Assembly (NCBI RefSeq): GCF_009914755.1
Contig: NC_060926.1
Source: the human T2T-CHM13v2.0 reference genome, Homo sapiens
DNA: 64,000 nucleotides
Reading direction: 5' to 3' (one strand)
Made by a program: the position numbers and the translations under genes
In this document: in pieces, positions 16,416-41,499 of the stretch
Numbering within the stretch: position 1 is the first letter of the stretch
How the letters are laid out: each line of letters opens with the position of its first letter
The notes under the pieces: generated by a model
The model's input: only the letters and a program-made list of their open reading frames with translations
Databases searched by the model: none
What the model was told of the DNA's origin: nothing

Positions 16416-16557
16416 ATCCCTCTATTTATTTTGATCTATGAGCTTTCAAAAGGAAAAGCTGCTGAATGTTATGAGATAATTTTTCAGTATCTGTAGCAGA
16501 TTGTTTTTTAAGATGGCCACAGTATCTCTCGTTCTACATGCTTGACACTGTCTCCAT

Positions 16558-18521
<1,964 letters not shown>

Positions 18522-19049
18522 TGTGATGGTAATTTTAGGTGTCAGTTTGACTGAATTAAGGGAAACCTAGACATCTGGTAAAACATTATTTCTGGGTATG
18601 TCCGTGAAGGTGTTTCTGGAGGAGATGGGCATTGAATCAGTGGACGAAATAAGGAATATCTGCCCTCATCCAATGTGGGCAGTCACCGTCATGTTCACCG
18701 AGGGCCTGGATAGAACAAAAAGGCAGAGGCAAGGCAAATGTGTTCTCTCTTCTAGAGGTGTGACCCATCTTTTGCTGCCCTTATGCATCAGAACTCCACG
18801 TTCTTGGGCAAGAGGCCCCTGATTTCTCAGCCCTTGGCCTCAGGCTGAGTTACGTTATTGGCTCCCCTGGTTCTCAGGCCTTTGGGCTCAGACTGAATTA
18901 TACCACTAGCTTCCCTGCTTCATCAGCTTGCAGGCAATGTATCATGGGACTTCTCAGCCTCCATAATTGCATGAGCCGATTCCCATAATAAATCTCCTCT
19001 TGTATGTATATTATTGGTTCTGTTTTTCTGGAGAACACTGACTAATACA
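18522..19049 (+). mobile_element. MLT2-family LTR (3' LTR of the ERVL provirus)
   Basis: Starts TGTGATGGTAATTTTAGGTGTCA immediately after the PPT, ends TTGGTTCTGTTTTTCTGGAGAACACTGACTAATACA, with an internal AATAAA. Confidence 0.88.
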
Positions 19050-19563
19050 GATTGGTGGGGTCCATATCCTGTTTTCTGGAACTTAGGAAGATCTCTGTGA
19101 CTGCCTGGACAAATAAGTACTGCAGAAGGGCTACTGTGTTATTTATGAGGCTGGATCCTAAAAATGCCATGCACTTCCACCTTCTTCTCTTGGAATGTTT
19201 ATTCTTGGAACCCATCAGTCACGCTATGAGAAAGCTCAGATGAACCCCTGGAGAAAGCACCCGGAGAGGCCACGTGTAAGTTTTCCATCTGATAGCCCAG
19301 CTGAGGTGCGAAACAATATCCAGCTTCAAGTACCAAACAAGTGAATGATGATACCGCCAGATGATTCTGTTGCTCAGCAATCAAGTCACTCCATACTTTG
19401 AGTCTTCTTAGCTGAGGCTCTAGACATTGTGGAGAGATAAATTGTCCCTGCTGTGCTCTGTTCTGATTACTGACTCACAGAATCTATGAGTAGAACCCAT
19501 TGGTTACTTTATGCTACAAAGTTTTTGGGTGGTTTGTTACACAGCAATAGATAACTGATAACA
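19050..19563 (+). mobile_element. MLT1 (MaLR) LTR, host of the ERVL insertion (5' part at ~16492-16557)
   Basis: Ends GGTGGTTTGTTACACAGCAATAGATAACTGATAACA, typical MLT1 3' end. A 5' piece TGTAGCAGATTG...AAGATGGCCACA lies before the ERVL. Confidence 0.7.
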
Positions 19564-19835
19564 GTATCTGATCATATGATCATTTGGTAATTCTTTCATC
19601 ATTTAATGTAATATTTAAGCACTTGTGTATTCCTAAAATAAACTCTTCTTGCTCATGTTGTATTATTCTATTGATAAACTTTTGGGTTTAGTTGCTAATA
19701 TGATGGAGATAAAATATTATTATTTCAAAACAAAGCTGGGGCCGGGTACAGTGCCTCCTGCCTGTAATCCCAGCACTTTGGGAGGCCAAGGCAGGCAGAT
19801 CACTTGAGGTCGGGAGTTTGAGACCAACCTGGTCA

Positions 19836-20027
<192 letters not shown>

Positions 20028-20941
20028 CTATCTCAAAAAAGAGATAAAAATAAGAAATAAAACAGAGTTGGTCTTAACTGCCTCTGCCTTCTAAGGGGGA
20101 AGGTAATATAATTCACATCAGATTTGAAATGAATATCAATAACTTTCCTCCTTTAAGAGCAATCTCTTGCTGTCTTTTCTCTCTTTAGCTTAAATTTCAT
20201 TATTATTATTATTATTATTATGCCTTTGAACATACTTTTCCATTTCCTTGCCTCTCTCCATTTGCCACACTTGCCTTGCAAAAAGTCCAGTCTCAAATAA
20301 CCTCAAACATCCACTAGTTCTGTGTGTGCTCCTGTGTACCCAAGCATTACTAGAGAATCGTACAATTGCACCACTTGGTGTCACCTTAACTTCCTAATCT
20401 TAAGCCTCAAAGGGGTGCTCAATATCACCCAGAAATCTACTGAATCTCTAGTAAACTCTATACATCAATCTTCAGAACACCTAGTTACAGCATTTCCTCT
20501 TTTCTTGTACCTTTTTTCCCCATCTATTTCCACCTGCCTTTTGTTCCTGACCTTGACTTTTACTTTATTGAGTAAATCAAAATCATCAACCTGGAGCTCC
20601 CTCATGTTGCCATTACCTTCTGCTTCGTTCTTGGTTTTGTTTGTTTGTTTGTTTGAGACAGTCTCACTCTGTCACCCAGGCTGGAGTGCAGTGGTGCAAT
20701 CTTGGCTCTCTGCAACCTCCGCCTCCTGGGTTCAAGCTATTCTGCTGCCTCAGCCTCCCCAGTAGCTGAGATTACAGGCATGTGCCACCATGCCCCTGCT
20801 AATTTTTGGATTTTTAGTAGACAGGTTTCACTATGTTGGCCAGCTGGTCTCAAACTCCTGACCTCAAATGATCTGCCCTCCTTGGCCTCCCAAAGTGCTG
20901 GGATTACAGGCATGAGCCACCACGCCTGGACAGTTTTTTAA

Positions 20942-21091
<150 letters not shown>

Positions 21092-21810
21092 TAGGCCATG
21101 CTCTATCACCCCGTGCTGCCTTTTTCAAATAATTGCTTTGGCTGTGGGGAAAAGAAATTAGCAGTTTTTGAGCATCTCACATCCCAGGTACCTAACTTAC
21201 ATTTTATTTTATGAGACAGTTGTTAATATCCCCATTTTTCTGAGGAGAAAACTGGGGCCCAGTGAATGTAAGCCCTCTGCCCTACCTACATCACCCATTA
21301 CAAAGCTGTCAACAAACTCCAAGGTCAGCTCTTGCTTCACTCCATCCCAGTGGCTCCTCATGTCAAGGACTATATGTACATTGCTTTTTCAGATTAATCT
21401 TTTTGAAAAGCGAGACTGTTCACAAGAGGAAAGTCCCAATATCTTTGTTTATTAATCTTTCGAGGGACATCAGTGTGTAAGGCTATTGTCAGGTCCAGCT
21501 GGGGCTGATGGCAGGCTCTGACTTGAAGAGGTCCCCTTGCTCAATCCCTTTCTTGTTCGTCAGCATTTTGTTTTTAGGAGGTAAGTATGATCATTAGTCA
21601 CTATTCAACTCTTACCCTTAAAACTCAGTGCTAGAAAAATGGATCCTTGACCTACGTTCATGAAACCAAAAACACATTTCTGTGTTTGTGATATATGCAT
21701 TGCATGTGCCACTCTATATTTGGGCACTGTAAAAAACATGAGACCCAGGCCGGGCATGGTGGCCCATGCCTGTAATCCCAGCACTTTGGGAGGCTGAGGC
21801 TGGAGGATCA

Positions 21811-22023
<213 letters not shown>

Positions 22024-22030
22024 TCAAAAA

Positions 22031-22031
22031 A

Positions 22032-22074
<43 letters not shown>

Positions 22075-22076
22075 AT
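22031..22076. repeat. (TAAA)n tetranucleotide Alu tail
   Basis: ~11 perfect units. Confidence 0.95.
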
Positions 22077-22169
22077 GAGACCCATGCTAAGTTACCACCA
22101 CCAGAGGAAAAAGAAAAGGCTATTTTGTACAATTTTATAAACTTTAAAAACTATGAAATATTAAAACAT

Positions 22170-22491
<322 letters not shown>

Positions 22492-23334
22492 TCAAAACCA
22501 AGTAAATAAGTGTGCATGCTTATGTGCACTTTGGAATGTCTTTAATTATGTGTTTCTTTGTATATCATTATCATGGAATGCAGATGAGCCAAAATGGCTG
22601 GACACACTTTCCCCTCTTGGTTCTCAACTGGCACATCTGACTTTGGCTTTCATCTAAAGGCAGATCCCAACTAGAGTTTGGGACCACTGGGAGAATTCCT
22701 ATGGCCCTTGGGGATAAGAAGTAAGGATCTGGATACTGCAGAAGAAGTAAAATAGGTCTCAGCCCTTCAAAGCCTTCGCTTTGCCCTCCTTTCCTGGCTC
22801 TACAACCCATTGCTATGACAGCAAGTGACAAAAGGGTATCTTACTGGGGTAGAAGCGTGGGAGGAAGTGGGAGGGGAAGGCAATGTTGATTGAGGCATGG
22901 GATAAAAATATATAAAAACGTTAAGCCCAGAACTGCATAATTTCAGCCTTATCAGCTTTGCTGAAAGTGATATTTATAATGCACTTGCAACATAGGAAAA
23001 ATGAAAGCAGGCCCTGTTTCTCTGTGTCACCTTCTCCTTCCCCACCTGACAGACAGGCTGAGGCTTCAGACTACCGGGAGCTTCCCTCCACCCATACTGC
23101 CCACTGGCTACCTCTATGATTTGTCTCCCTATTCCTTACCCAAATCCTGCTGCCCTAGCCCCTCACTTGCCTAATTCCGAAGTTCTATTTCCTCAGAGAT
23201 TCTAATTTCACTGAACCAAACACTGACATGCAATCTGTATTTTTACCTGTCCTGTCACTTCCCCTTCTTCCAGTGGGAGCTTTTCTTTGGGGAACCAACT
23301 TTTCCCCATGGATGACCATCAAGATTATTAATGA

Positions 23335-23661
<327 letters not shown>

Positions 23662-24629
23662 TTAAAAAAGACAGGAGTCGGAGAGGTGGTCTTTGAGGCA
23701 CCGTTGAAATTATGCCTACTCCAGCTCTAAGTGCATTTATTCCTCAGAGCAGCCTCAAGATTGGAATGGGGATTCCTTAAGGAGAGTAATCTGGGACCTA
23801 TCCGAAATGCATTGTCAACTAGCCTCTTTTTACAGATAGTACCGAGCAAAGAAACATATATTTTCTGAAAAGATCTCCCTTAATCTACCTCATTATCACA
23901 CAAAGAATTTTACAAAAGTGGTTTGTGGTTTTACATGTAGCGAGAAAGTAATACTCAGTTCAAAAGAACTGAGTTAACTTATTTAATTTATTTTTGCAGA
24001 GTAAAGGATTCCTAGTCCCCCATATAAAGCAGAGTGGCTGCGGCAACATTGATTTTTTTAAAGTTATCTTAAAACATTTATCTTTCACATTATTTTAAAA
24101 TCTATATTGCTAAGACAAGCGTCTTTCTTAGAAAAAGAAATCTCTGATGCAATGTTACAAAAATAATTTTCGCTGGAGATGGTGTCTCTCTATTGCTATT
24201 TTTTGATTTTGTAGCTGCAGCATGCAGTAATGTCTTCCAGCCTAATTTCTTCAGGCTTTGTTACCCTCTGCCATTATGGAAAACATTTAGTTCAAGACCC
24301 CCACCCCTTTTTTTTTTCTTTTTTTTTTTTTGAGATTGAGTCTTGCTCTGTTGCCCAGGCTGGAGTGCAAAGGCATAATCTCAGCTCACTGCAACCTCCG
24401 CCTACTAGGTTCAAGTGATTCTCATTGCCTCAGCCTCCCAAGTAGCTGGGATTACAGGCACGTGCCACCACGCCCAGCTTATTTGTTGTATTTTTAGTAG
24501 AGATGGGGTTTCCTCATGTTGACCAGGCTGGTCTTGAACTCCTGGCCTCAAGTGATCCACCTGCCCCAGCCTCCCAAAGTACTAAGATTACAGGCATGAG
24601 CCACCGCCCCCGGACCCTTATGATTTTCT

Positions 24630-25095
<466 letters not shown>

Positions 25096-25107
25096 TGGCC
25101 AGTTGAT

Positions 25108-26190
<1,083 letters not shown>

Positions 26191-26246
26191 CAGTTGTTTG
26201 TGTGAATATCCTGTTCTTCAATAACCCATCACCTGATTGTTTAGAT

Positions 26247-26424
26247 AAGTGGTTCTCAAAGTGTTGTTCTGGAACTGGCATAATCTGGGAGTTTGATAGA
26301 AAAGCAAATTATTGGGTTCCACTTCAGACCTGCTGAATTAGAAACTCTGGGGTGGCATCCAGTAATCTCTGTTTTAACAAGCCTCTAGGTGATTCTGATG
26401 CACACTGACATTTGAGAACCACAG
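26247..26424. mobile_element. MER5A hAT-Charlie MITE with intact 8-bp TSD
   Basis: TIR-like AGTGGTTCTCAAA...TTTGAGAACCAC. TSD GTTTAGAT at 26239-26246 and 26425-26432. Confidence 0.88.
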
Positions 26425-27219
26425 GTTTAGATAACTCTTGCTTTAATTAATTATAACACTGGGGTTGCAAAATGGTGAATTTCCAGTATTCATTGAATGT
26501 TTATTAGCTGCCATTCTTCTATATAGAAAAGCCTTCCTTTCTCTTTATCCCCCCTCTCCCCCATCACCACCCCCATCACTATGGATTCATAGACATTGGA
26601 AACTCAGTTGCTAATTCTTGAATGCCACCATTCTTTCTCATGTCCAGCTAGTTCTTCATTTATCTGATAGAATTCCCTTCAGGCTATTCCTGTGTTCTTT
26701 CCACCTGGCCCCAGAGTTTTTGAGAGCACCCTTGCATTATGATGCAAAAAGACTCAATGATTTGACTGTGTATTTGCTTGTATCTTGAGGGTAAAAACTA
26801 AGTCTGCTACTTAATATTTCCCTGAGGGGACTTGATATCTAAATAATGTTCTATATAATAAATGTTCTTGAGCAAGCGAAGTGTTTGAGCATTTTTTTGG
26901 AAAGGGCAAAAGGCTGTTCCAAATTACATTGAAGTCTCTGTGATTCTTAGACTAGGATGATGCAAGGTTGATGTAAATTACAGTATTTTGTTATGACTTT
27001 AGGCGAATTAATTTGACTCTGAGGTCTGATCCCAAATCAGATAACAGAGAAATATATTTATAGTTGGCAAGAGCAAACTAGAGATAGTGAAATATCTGGT
27101 TTCAGTTTTTATTTTGTATAGTTTTAGGATCTATGTAATACAACACATACAAAGCTACTTAAAATATCTCAGTTACTCTTATTGGAGTAACCTAAACACA
27201 AAAATTAATTTGCAAAAAC

Positions 27220-27765
27220 AATAATACCTTGCACTTATTAAGTGATTACTGTGAACCGGGAACTGTACCAAGTGCTTAACATGTATTAACTCACATGTTG
27301 CTTTGGAAACCTGGATTAGATAAGGGCTTTTATTATTCCTATCTTACAGAAGAGTAAACTGAGGCATAGAAGGTTTAGTAGTTTACACCAGGTCACACAG
27401 CTAAGCAGTGGTTTCACATTCCATGGTCTTCACGACCACACTATAAAGCCTTTCTAAATTTGTGCTTGTAAATATAATTAACTAAGGAGTTTGCCCTATG
27501 GTTAACTTATTTAGTTTCGTAATATTTTCAGGAAGAGAATAGAAGCAGTGGGATATTGTGTAAAGAGTCCAGGAGTTTTGAAAGTCAAGACCTGCACGTG
27601 GGTTCCAATTAAAGCTCATGTATGACCTTGAACAACACTGTTCTGAACTTCAGTTTCTTCATGTATAAACCAGGTCTAATAATAGTTGCCCTACCTAACT
27701 CATAGATTGTCATGAGTATCAGATAGTATAATGGGTGTAAAAGTGCTTTGTAAATTGCAAAGTGA
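27220..27765. mobile_element. Two MIR SINE fragments in opposite orientation
   Basis: ttattattcctatcttacagaagagtaaactgaggc...ggtcacacagcta, and gacctgcacgtgggttcc...cagtttcttcatgtataaa. Confidence 0.7.
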
Positions 27766-27802
27766 TAAACAGAAATGGGTCAGACACATAATCTTAACAC
27801 TA

Positions 27803-28155
<353 letters not shown>

Positions 28156-29447
28156 TCACATCCCAGTTTTAAATATTCTAGATCCTTAAATGATTTCTCT
28201 TTACAGTTTATTTATGACTGAATTTTTTCAAACTGGCAATTTTCTTTTTTCCCCCATAATTTACTTGACTTCCCCTTCTGGATGTATTAAAAGTGTTGTA
28301 ATGTCATTATGCAAATAAAGTGTATTTTGCATGCTTTTTCCAAGGGCAAATTTTAACTTCTTGTCATGTTTCCATTTTATCTGCAATATTCAGGCGACAT
28401 AGTCTGCTGCTCTGGTGGCTCATGCATTTGTGTTTTGCATATTTCATACAAGAAAATAGAGAAAAAAGAGAAGTCAGCCAGATGGGATTCTCTTTCCAGG
28501 CAGAGAAGAACTAGAAAAATTTGCATGGCCACGACCTCTTCTATAGACAAAGGATGCTTGTTTTCAGGACTGGCAATTGGTCAGAGGGTGACAACCCATC
28601 CCCAAATTCCTGAGGCAGCCCTAGGTTTACAATCTGAGGTTCTGGAATAGTTCCCAAGATGCAATTATTTCCAAATTTAATCAAACCTCAGAAAATAGCT
28701 AATTAAAAATAATCATATAAAACAGCAGGCCCTTTCTCCAAAATTAAACACACACTTTCTTATATCGGCTGTTTAGCCAAGTCTTACAAAGACCCGGCCA
28801 CCTGTTTGGGGTGGGGGGAGGTGTTAGACTTCCTAAGAGGTGACTGTTCTTGGCAGCCACCTCTACCCAGGCCGTCCTGGAATCTGTCATTGTCAGCTTC
28901 TGCCAAGAAATGTTTTTGTACTTGCTGGATAAAGACAGGCAAGGAATTTTTTGACCTCTGTTCGAATCCCAAATCCCTTTTCCATACTCTTATTTGTATT
29001 CTTTAAATGACATAATTACAGTAATGCTCCTAAAACAGTGGATGGCACTGAAAATGAATGGGATCCTCCCTCTTTCATCTATCTTTCTAGCTCCCTGCAG
29101 CCCTGGCTGACCTATTTCTCCAGGCTCTGCCCTACTACCCAGAAAGTTGGGTGTGGTTCCGAGAAGGTTTGGTTGGGGATTTACATTTCAGTTTGCGTTG
29201 ATGATTTAATCAATTGCTTGTGTCTTTTTCAGCAGAAAACCAAGCAGAATCTTTTTGTCACCAAATTTGTATTTACCAAAATTAATATCTCATTGAGTAG
29301 ACTACCATAGAGTATGTAGGGGGAGTATTTTTCTAAAATCAGAAAATTGTCAAGAATACATAGACCATAAAGGAGATGCTTGGGAAAGCAATACTTGGGA
29401 GTTGAGGAGATTAAAGCCCTTTTCCTGATTAATGTTAACTTATATTA

Positions 29448-29766
<319 letters not shown>

Positions 29767-30236
29767 CTAAAACAAAACAAAAAAAGCCCCAAGAAATAAT
29801 GGCAAAATATTTTAAGTTCGTCTTGAGAGTTGTGGATTTTTCATGTTGGTTCGACTGACCAGTGAAGAAATGAGCTCTGGCTACTCAGAAAAACCTAAAG
29901 TCTTGAAGCAGAATTGCATTCTATCATTTTATTTTACAATAGCTCTTACTTCTAACTAAAAAAAATTTTTACTTTGGTTTTGTTTTTTGCATCATACTGT
30001 TTTGTTTGTTTGCTTTTAATTGGCATATCCTTTATATAGACTGCACAGATACTAGGTGTACAGTTCCATGAGTTTGGACAACTGTATACACCACCAATGG
30101 TAACCACCACCCCAATAAATATATAGAACATTTTCATCACTCTCAAGGGACACCCTCCTTATGCCCCTTTCCAATCAACCTTACTTGCCCCAGCCTAAAT
30201 ACAACCACTCTTCTGATGTCTATCACTGTAAGTTAG

Positions 30237-30668
30237 TGTCAAAAGACAAAATTACAACAAATTTAAATAATCTAATTGGCTTCTATTTGTGATTTGTGAA
30301 CCACGGGAAGATCTTCTCTAAAAATTCAGAAAAGGCTCCAATGAGCTGAGCAGAGGAAGTTGGCTTTATGGGCAGAAAAGGGCTGAAGAAAGCAGAAATA
30401 GGGAACAAAAAGCAGATTGATCGCCTTAAAGTTTCTTTCCTTATAGGGTTAAAACTGAGGAGACTTTCTTACATACTAGGCTAAAACTGGCCTGTTTAGG
30501 GATTTGGCTATTCTCTCTCTCTCTCCTGATTTCTTGGAAGATCGGATAAACAATTTCATTTGGTGACATGAAACTTTAGCAGGAATGACTGCATTTTGAT
30601 TTGCTCTATTGGGGCCTAGTGCAGGAGCTCAGTCTAAACCAATCGCCTCCTATAAGTTGTATTTAACA
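30237..30668 (-). mobile_element. MER31-type solo LTR (ERV1), inserted in an L1M fragment
   Basis: TG...CA termini. Reverse strand begins TGTTAAATACAACTTATAGGAGGCGATTGGTTTAGACTGAGCTCCTGCACTAGGCCCCAA. Confidence 0.75.
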
Positions 30669-30679
30669 ATAAATATACC

Positions 30680-32738
<2,059 letters not shown>

Positions 32739-32974
32739 TAATATTTTAATATATTCTAAATAAAATCAAAGGGTAATACTATCAGAAATGGGTAATGATA
32801 TCACTTTCCTTTCTAGATGGAGAAATCACCTCCTGAGACAACCCCCAGGGCTGTTTTTCTGCTCTCTGCTAACATTGGACCCATTTACATAATCTGCTAA
32901 GAGTTCTCTGCCAGAAGCCAAGCCTTATAACATCTGTCAGATGCTAAACAATCCTACCAAGAAGTAATGCCATG

Positions 32975-33490
32975 GTATATTAGTGGTCCTGCATAAGAAA
33001 TCACCCAAAACTCGGCAGCTCGAAACAATAGACATATACTATTTCAGTTTCTACGGGTTAGGAATGCAGAGCAGCTTAGCTGGGCAGGATCCCTTATGAG
33101 GTTGCAGCCAAGATGTCAACTGAGGCTGTGGTCACCAGTAGGCTTGACTGGGGCTGGAAGATCCCGTTACAAGATGGCTCATTCCCATGGCTGGCAAGTT
33201 GGTGTTCAGTTGGCAGGAGCCTCTGTTCCTTGCCTCAAGGACCTTCCTATTAGGCTACTTAAGTGTCCTCATGACATGGCAGCTAGCTTCCCCTAGAGCA
33301 AATGATCCAAGAGAGCAAGGCAAAGGCCTCCATCTCTTGTAGGACCTTGCCTCAGAAGTGACATCCATCATTTCTTCCATATCCTATTAGTTAAACAAGT
33401 CATCCCCATTCAATGTGGGAGGAGATGACACGAAGACATGAGCACTAGGAGATGAGAATAATTAGGGTCATCTTTGAGTATCTGGATACC
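32975..33490 (-). mobile_element. MLT1 MaLR LTR
   Basis: tgcataagaaatcacccaaaact...gcagcttagctggg...ggggctggaagatcc...aagatggctcattc pattern. Confidence 0.7.
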
Positions 33491-33694
33491 ACCCCAGTCC
33501 TGTGCTTTCCCCACACTTTTAAAAGGTCTAAGGCTATTATTGGATTCTCAAGAGTATAAAAAGGACCCTGGAAATATACTTATTTTAGCCAAAACAGACT
33601 TTTTAAGTGAAATGTGCAGTTCTTCCCATAAAATGCCATGATGGGAAAATTTTCTTTCAGAGACTATTTCACTATTTAAACTCAATCATCTTCA

Positions 33695-33988
<294 letters not shown>

Positions 33989-35074
33989 CTACATGGGACA
34001 TACGCCCAGTGCCAGCAATAGAACATCTTCCTGAGGGAGGAGACCGGGACCCTGGTGAGTATTCCCAAGGCAAACTCTCCATAGATAGTAAAGGGGACCC
34101 ATGCCGCAGGCACTATGAGCTGTTTGTAGAGGAGATGGAATAGAACACACTGCAGAGGCTCCTGAAGCTGTAAAGAGCCAGGCTTAATTCCTTTCCAGTC
34201 CCTCCCATGGATCTGTGACTGATCTCCTATCATTCCTGACCTTCTGAAAGCAGATTCCCACTGGGCACCATGGCTCATGCCTATAATCCCAGCATTTTGG
34301 GAGACTGAGGCCAGGAGTTCAAGATCAGCATAGGCAACATAGTGAAAACCTGTCTCTACAAAAAAAAAAAAAAAAAAAAAATTTAATTAGCTGGGTGTGG
34401 TGGCACGCTCCTGTAGTCCTAGCTACTCGGGAGGCTGAGGCGAGAGGATTGCTTACAGCTAGGAGTTCAAGGTTGCAGTGAGCCATGATCATGCCACTGC
34501 ACTCCACCCTGGGTGACAGAACGAGATCCTGTCTCAAAAACAAACAAACAAACAAACAAACAAACAAACCCACAGCAATAAAGTTTTAAAGAGGATTCTA
34601 AATTCAGTAGAGATTCTGGGCATTGGGGTTGAGAGGTGAGAATCAGTTATGCCCTTTCATGACTGTGGTTTCTGAATCAATTATGAACTGAACCCAGGTG
34701 TCTGAGATATGACATAATTTTTTTTTTTTATTTTTACTACTATAAACCTCATATTAGGGAATGTAGCTTGCCATAATCAGAATTAGGTTTGCTACTGTTT
34801 CGCAGTCAGAGTTCAACTTCCCCATCCGGAACAATAGTGAGCCTCCCTTTCATAGCCACAGAGTCTCTCCCAAAAGGAGGGTGGGTCAGCCCTGCTGAGG
34901 ATAAGCTGATCCTAGAAGGAGAAGGTGCCCGGCCACACATCATTATGGGACAGCTAGGTGTGATAATATCTCCCAGTTTATGAACTAAACACTGTTGATG
35001 GGTTTAAAAAAAGCGTAAGTGTATTATTTAAAGGTATAAAGTTATTCAACAGATAAACTAAATAATACTATTAA

Positions 35075-36395
<1,321 letters not shown>

Positions 36396-36468
36396 TAATA
36401 TTTGATAATGCCAATGGTGAATATTAACCTTTATTACTACTTCATGAGTACAATTAACAAAGGCATGA

Positions 36469-37395
<927 letters not shown>

Positions 37396-38206
37396 CCATG
37401 TTTAATCTTCTTCTGTCAGGTCACCCACTTCCTGCTCAAGTTCCAGAATATCAATCCCCAAATTCCAAGAACTGGAGAGTGAGGAGGTGGAGAGGAGAGA
37501 GAGGAGGATGAAGAGGAGAGAGAAGACAGCAAGACGTGTGGTTATGACATGGGTTGAAGCGGGAGCCGAAGGACCCCCTTTGGTCAGGGAATCAAAGGTC
37601 TTTTATACTCATGAATGTCAAAACTGAAATTTGAAGTTTTTTTGTGCCACTGCTATAAATACCCTGCCTCTTCTTTCATATTTTCTTCCTTTTTTTTTTT
37701 TTTTTTTTTTTTTTAGTAAAGACTACTACTCACAAAATGCTTTATTTGGATAGAGTTATTATGAAAATAAAGAAGCTGAATTCATGGCTGGATACTTCCT
37801 AGGGAAAATTCAGAACTCCAAGGAGAAGACCCGTTCACTTGCTCCTTCCAGGCAGGTGACCTAGACTTGAACTTGGCCCATTAATTTGCCTTGGAAAATG
37901 AACTGTGACCAGATGTGACACACACCACTCCTGAACAGAACATTTTAAGGGTATTTCAAGTTTCCTGTGCCCTCTGCCATGAGAAGGGCATATTTCCCAT
38001 ATGAGCTGCTCCTTTGGCCTGGGTCCCTGAATGAGAAGACACTCGAAATCGATTCTCAATGCAGCCTGGAGCAGAGCTGCAGCAGCCAAACACAGCCTCT
38101 GACCTGTAACATGAGCAGGAGTAAATATTTGTCATTGTAAACTACAAGATTTGAGGTTGTGAAGCAGCGTAATCTAGCAAAAGCCAACTATGAAGTCCAA
38201 ACTCTA

Positions 38207-38596
<390 letters not shown>

Positions 38597-39206
38597 CTAC
38601 ATCAGCAGTGCTGGGTATTAGAAGGTAATGGACAGTCTGTCTTCAAAGTTGTGAAACAAAATTATACCAAACTTTAAAATCTACAATGGGCTGGGAGTAC
38701 TGGCACACACCTGTTGTCCTAGCCAGGTGGAGGCTGAGGTGGGACAATTGCATAAGCCCAGGAGTTTGTGACTTGCCTGGGCAACGTAGACAGACCCTGA
38801 CTCTAAAATAATAAAAATAAAAATAATCTGTAATGGACAAAACTATGAAGATATATATGCAAGGACCTGAAAAGCTTACCATCCATGTTCTCCTCCTGAA
38901 ACAGACAAACAAAAAATTCCATTATATTTTTATCCTACCAAAATGAGAAGGAAAAAAAACACAAAAAACAAAAAGCAAACCTCTTTACCATCAGTGAAGT
39001 GTACAGCGAAATATGATGGTGGGGGTGTGAGTTCATTTTTTTCTGGAGAATTTAGCAAAACATACCAAAAATTCTAAAAATGTTCCCACCTTTTGACTCA
39101 GCAATTTTATTTTTAGTAAGTTATTTGAAGGAAATTGGCATTAATGTGGGCAAAGATTTAGCTACTAAGAGGTGGCATACAGCCTTATATATAATAGTGA
39201 TAATCA

Positions 39207-39434
<228 letters not shown>

Positions 39435-39655
39435 TTAACTATGACATTGTAACTTAAAAAAATTATTCCTTTAAAATAAATAATTGATGAATATCATACA
39501 AAATTTTAAGATACAAAAGGCTATTCCATTAAAAAAATAAACTTTTTTTCCATCCTTATCCTTCAGCCACTGAGTTTCCTCCTTGAAGGCAACTAAAATG
39601 TTTCCCTTTCAATCTAATCCATTCAGAGACAGTCTCTCCTGCTATGTCGTATCTA

Positions 39656-39686
<31 letters not shown>

Positions 39687-40808
39687 GAGGTGGAGTCTCA
39701 TTCTATCACCCAAGCTGGAGTGCAGCAGCGTGACCTGGGCTCACTGCAACTTCTGCCTCCCAGGTTAAAGTGAATATCTATATTTTCTTTTATATATATG
39801 GTGGCATATTATACCTACTACTCTGATCTTGGCTTTTTGTGTTTTTTTTTTTTTTTGAGACAGGGTCTCACTTTGTCACCCAGGCTGGAGTGCAGTGGCA
39901 TGATCACAGCTCACTGCAGACTTGACTTCCTGGGTTCAAGTGATCCTCCCACCTCAGCCTCCTGAGTAGCTGGGACTACAGGTGTGCACCACCACACCTG
40001 GATAATTTTTTCATTTTTTGTAGAGACAGGGACTCACTATGTTGCCCAGGCTGGTCTTGAACTCCTGGGCTCAAATAATCCTCTGGCCTCGGCCTCCCAA
40101 AGTGCAGAATTATAGGCATGAACCACTGTGCCTAACCCCTTGGCTCTTTACACTTAATTTTTGGAGACTCTTCAATATGAGTAAATGGAGATCTATCTCA
40201 TTCTTTTAAACAACCACAGAACTTGATGTGTGCCTCTTAATTTATCTAGTCATTTTGATCAATATATCTGTGGAAGATTTGTAGAAGAACATTTAATAAC
40301 ATGGACAGATGTTCATAATTTACTAAGTGAAAAAAAGTAAAGCAGCAGATTACAAAGTGGTTGAGAGCTATATTAGTTTATAAGTCTACAATAAGTCTCT
40401 TTCCAATGGTTACGACACATATATACATATTCATTCAAAAGCTTGGCATTTGCCATTACATATTCCTGGAATGATACATCCTCTGTGCTCTTTGTCCTAG
40501 TGAGTTGGTCTTTGTAGCCAGGGAAACAGTTCATGATCTAAGGAAATATTGGGGAGACAATCCAGCAAAATATAACACACAGGGTTTTATTGTTCTCTGA
40601 GTACTTGGTGATCCTGACATACTTTTCTTTTCCATACTTGAGGTGAACCAAGGAATAGGCTGTACCGCCTTCTCCTTTGCTTGCTAATATTTAGAGTTAG
40701 AAATATATCAGAGGCATGCATGGACTAATCAATATCAGAGGTCTGTCAGTTCTGCAGAAACTATAAAACCAACTCTTGCAGAAAAACTAGTCGTAGTCCC
40801 TGGGATCA

Positions 40809-41306
<498 letters not shown>

Positions 41307-41499
41307 TCATATCGAAACAAGCATCCTATTTTTGTGTGTTTTTATTTTCTTTTTGTTTTAATAAAATAGTGATGGGGTCTTTCTATGTTGCCTAGTCTGG
41401 TCTTGAACTCTTTGGGCTCAAACGATCCTCCTGCCTCAGCCTTTCAAAATTCTGGAATTACAGATGTGAGCCACCACACTTGGCCTAGCATCCTTTTTT

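Noticed and set aside
22560-23320. Possible ancient LTR-like element
   Set aside because: Could not assign a family or find TSDs by eye. Needs a Dfam search.
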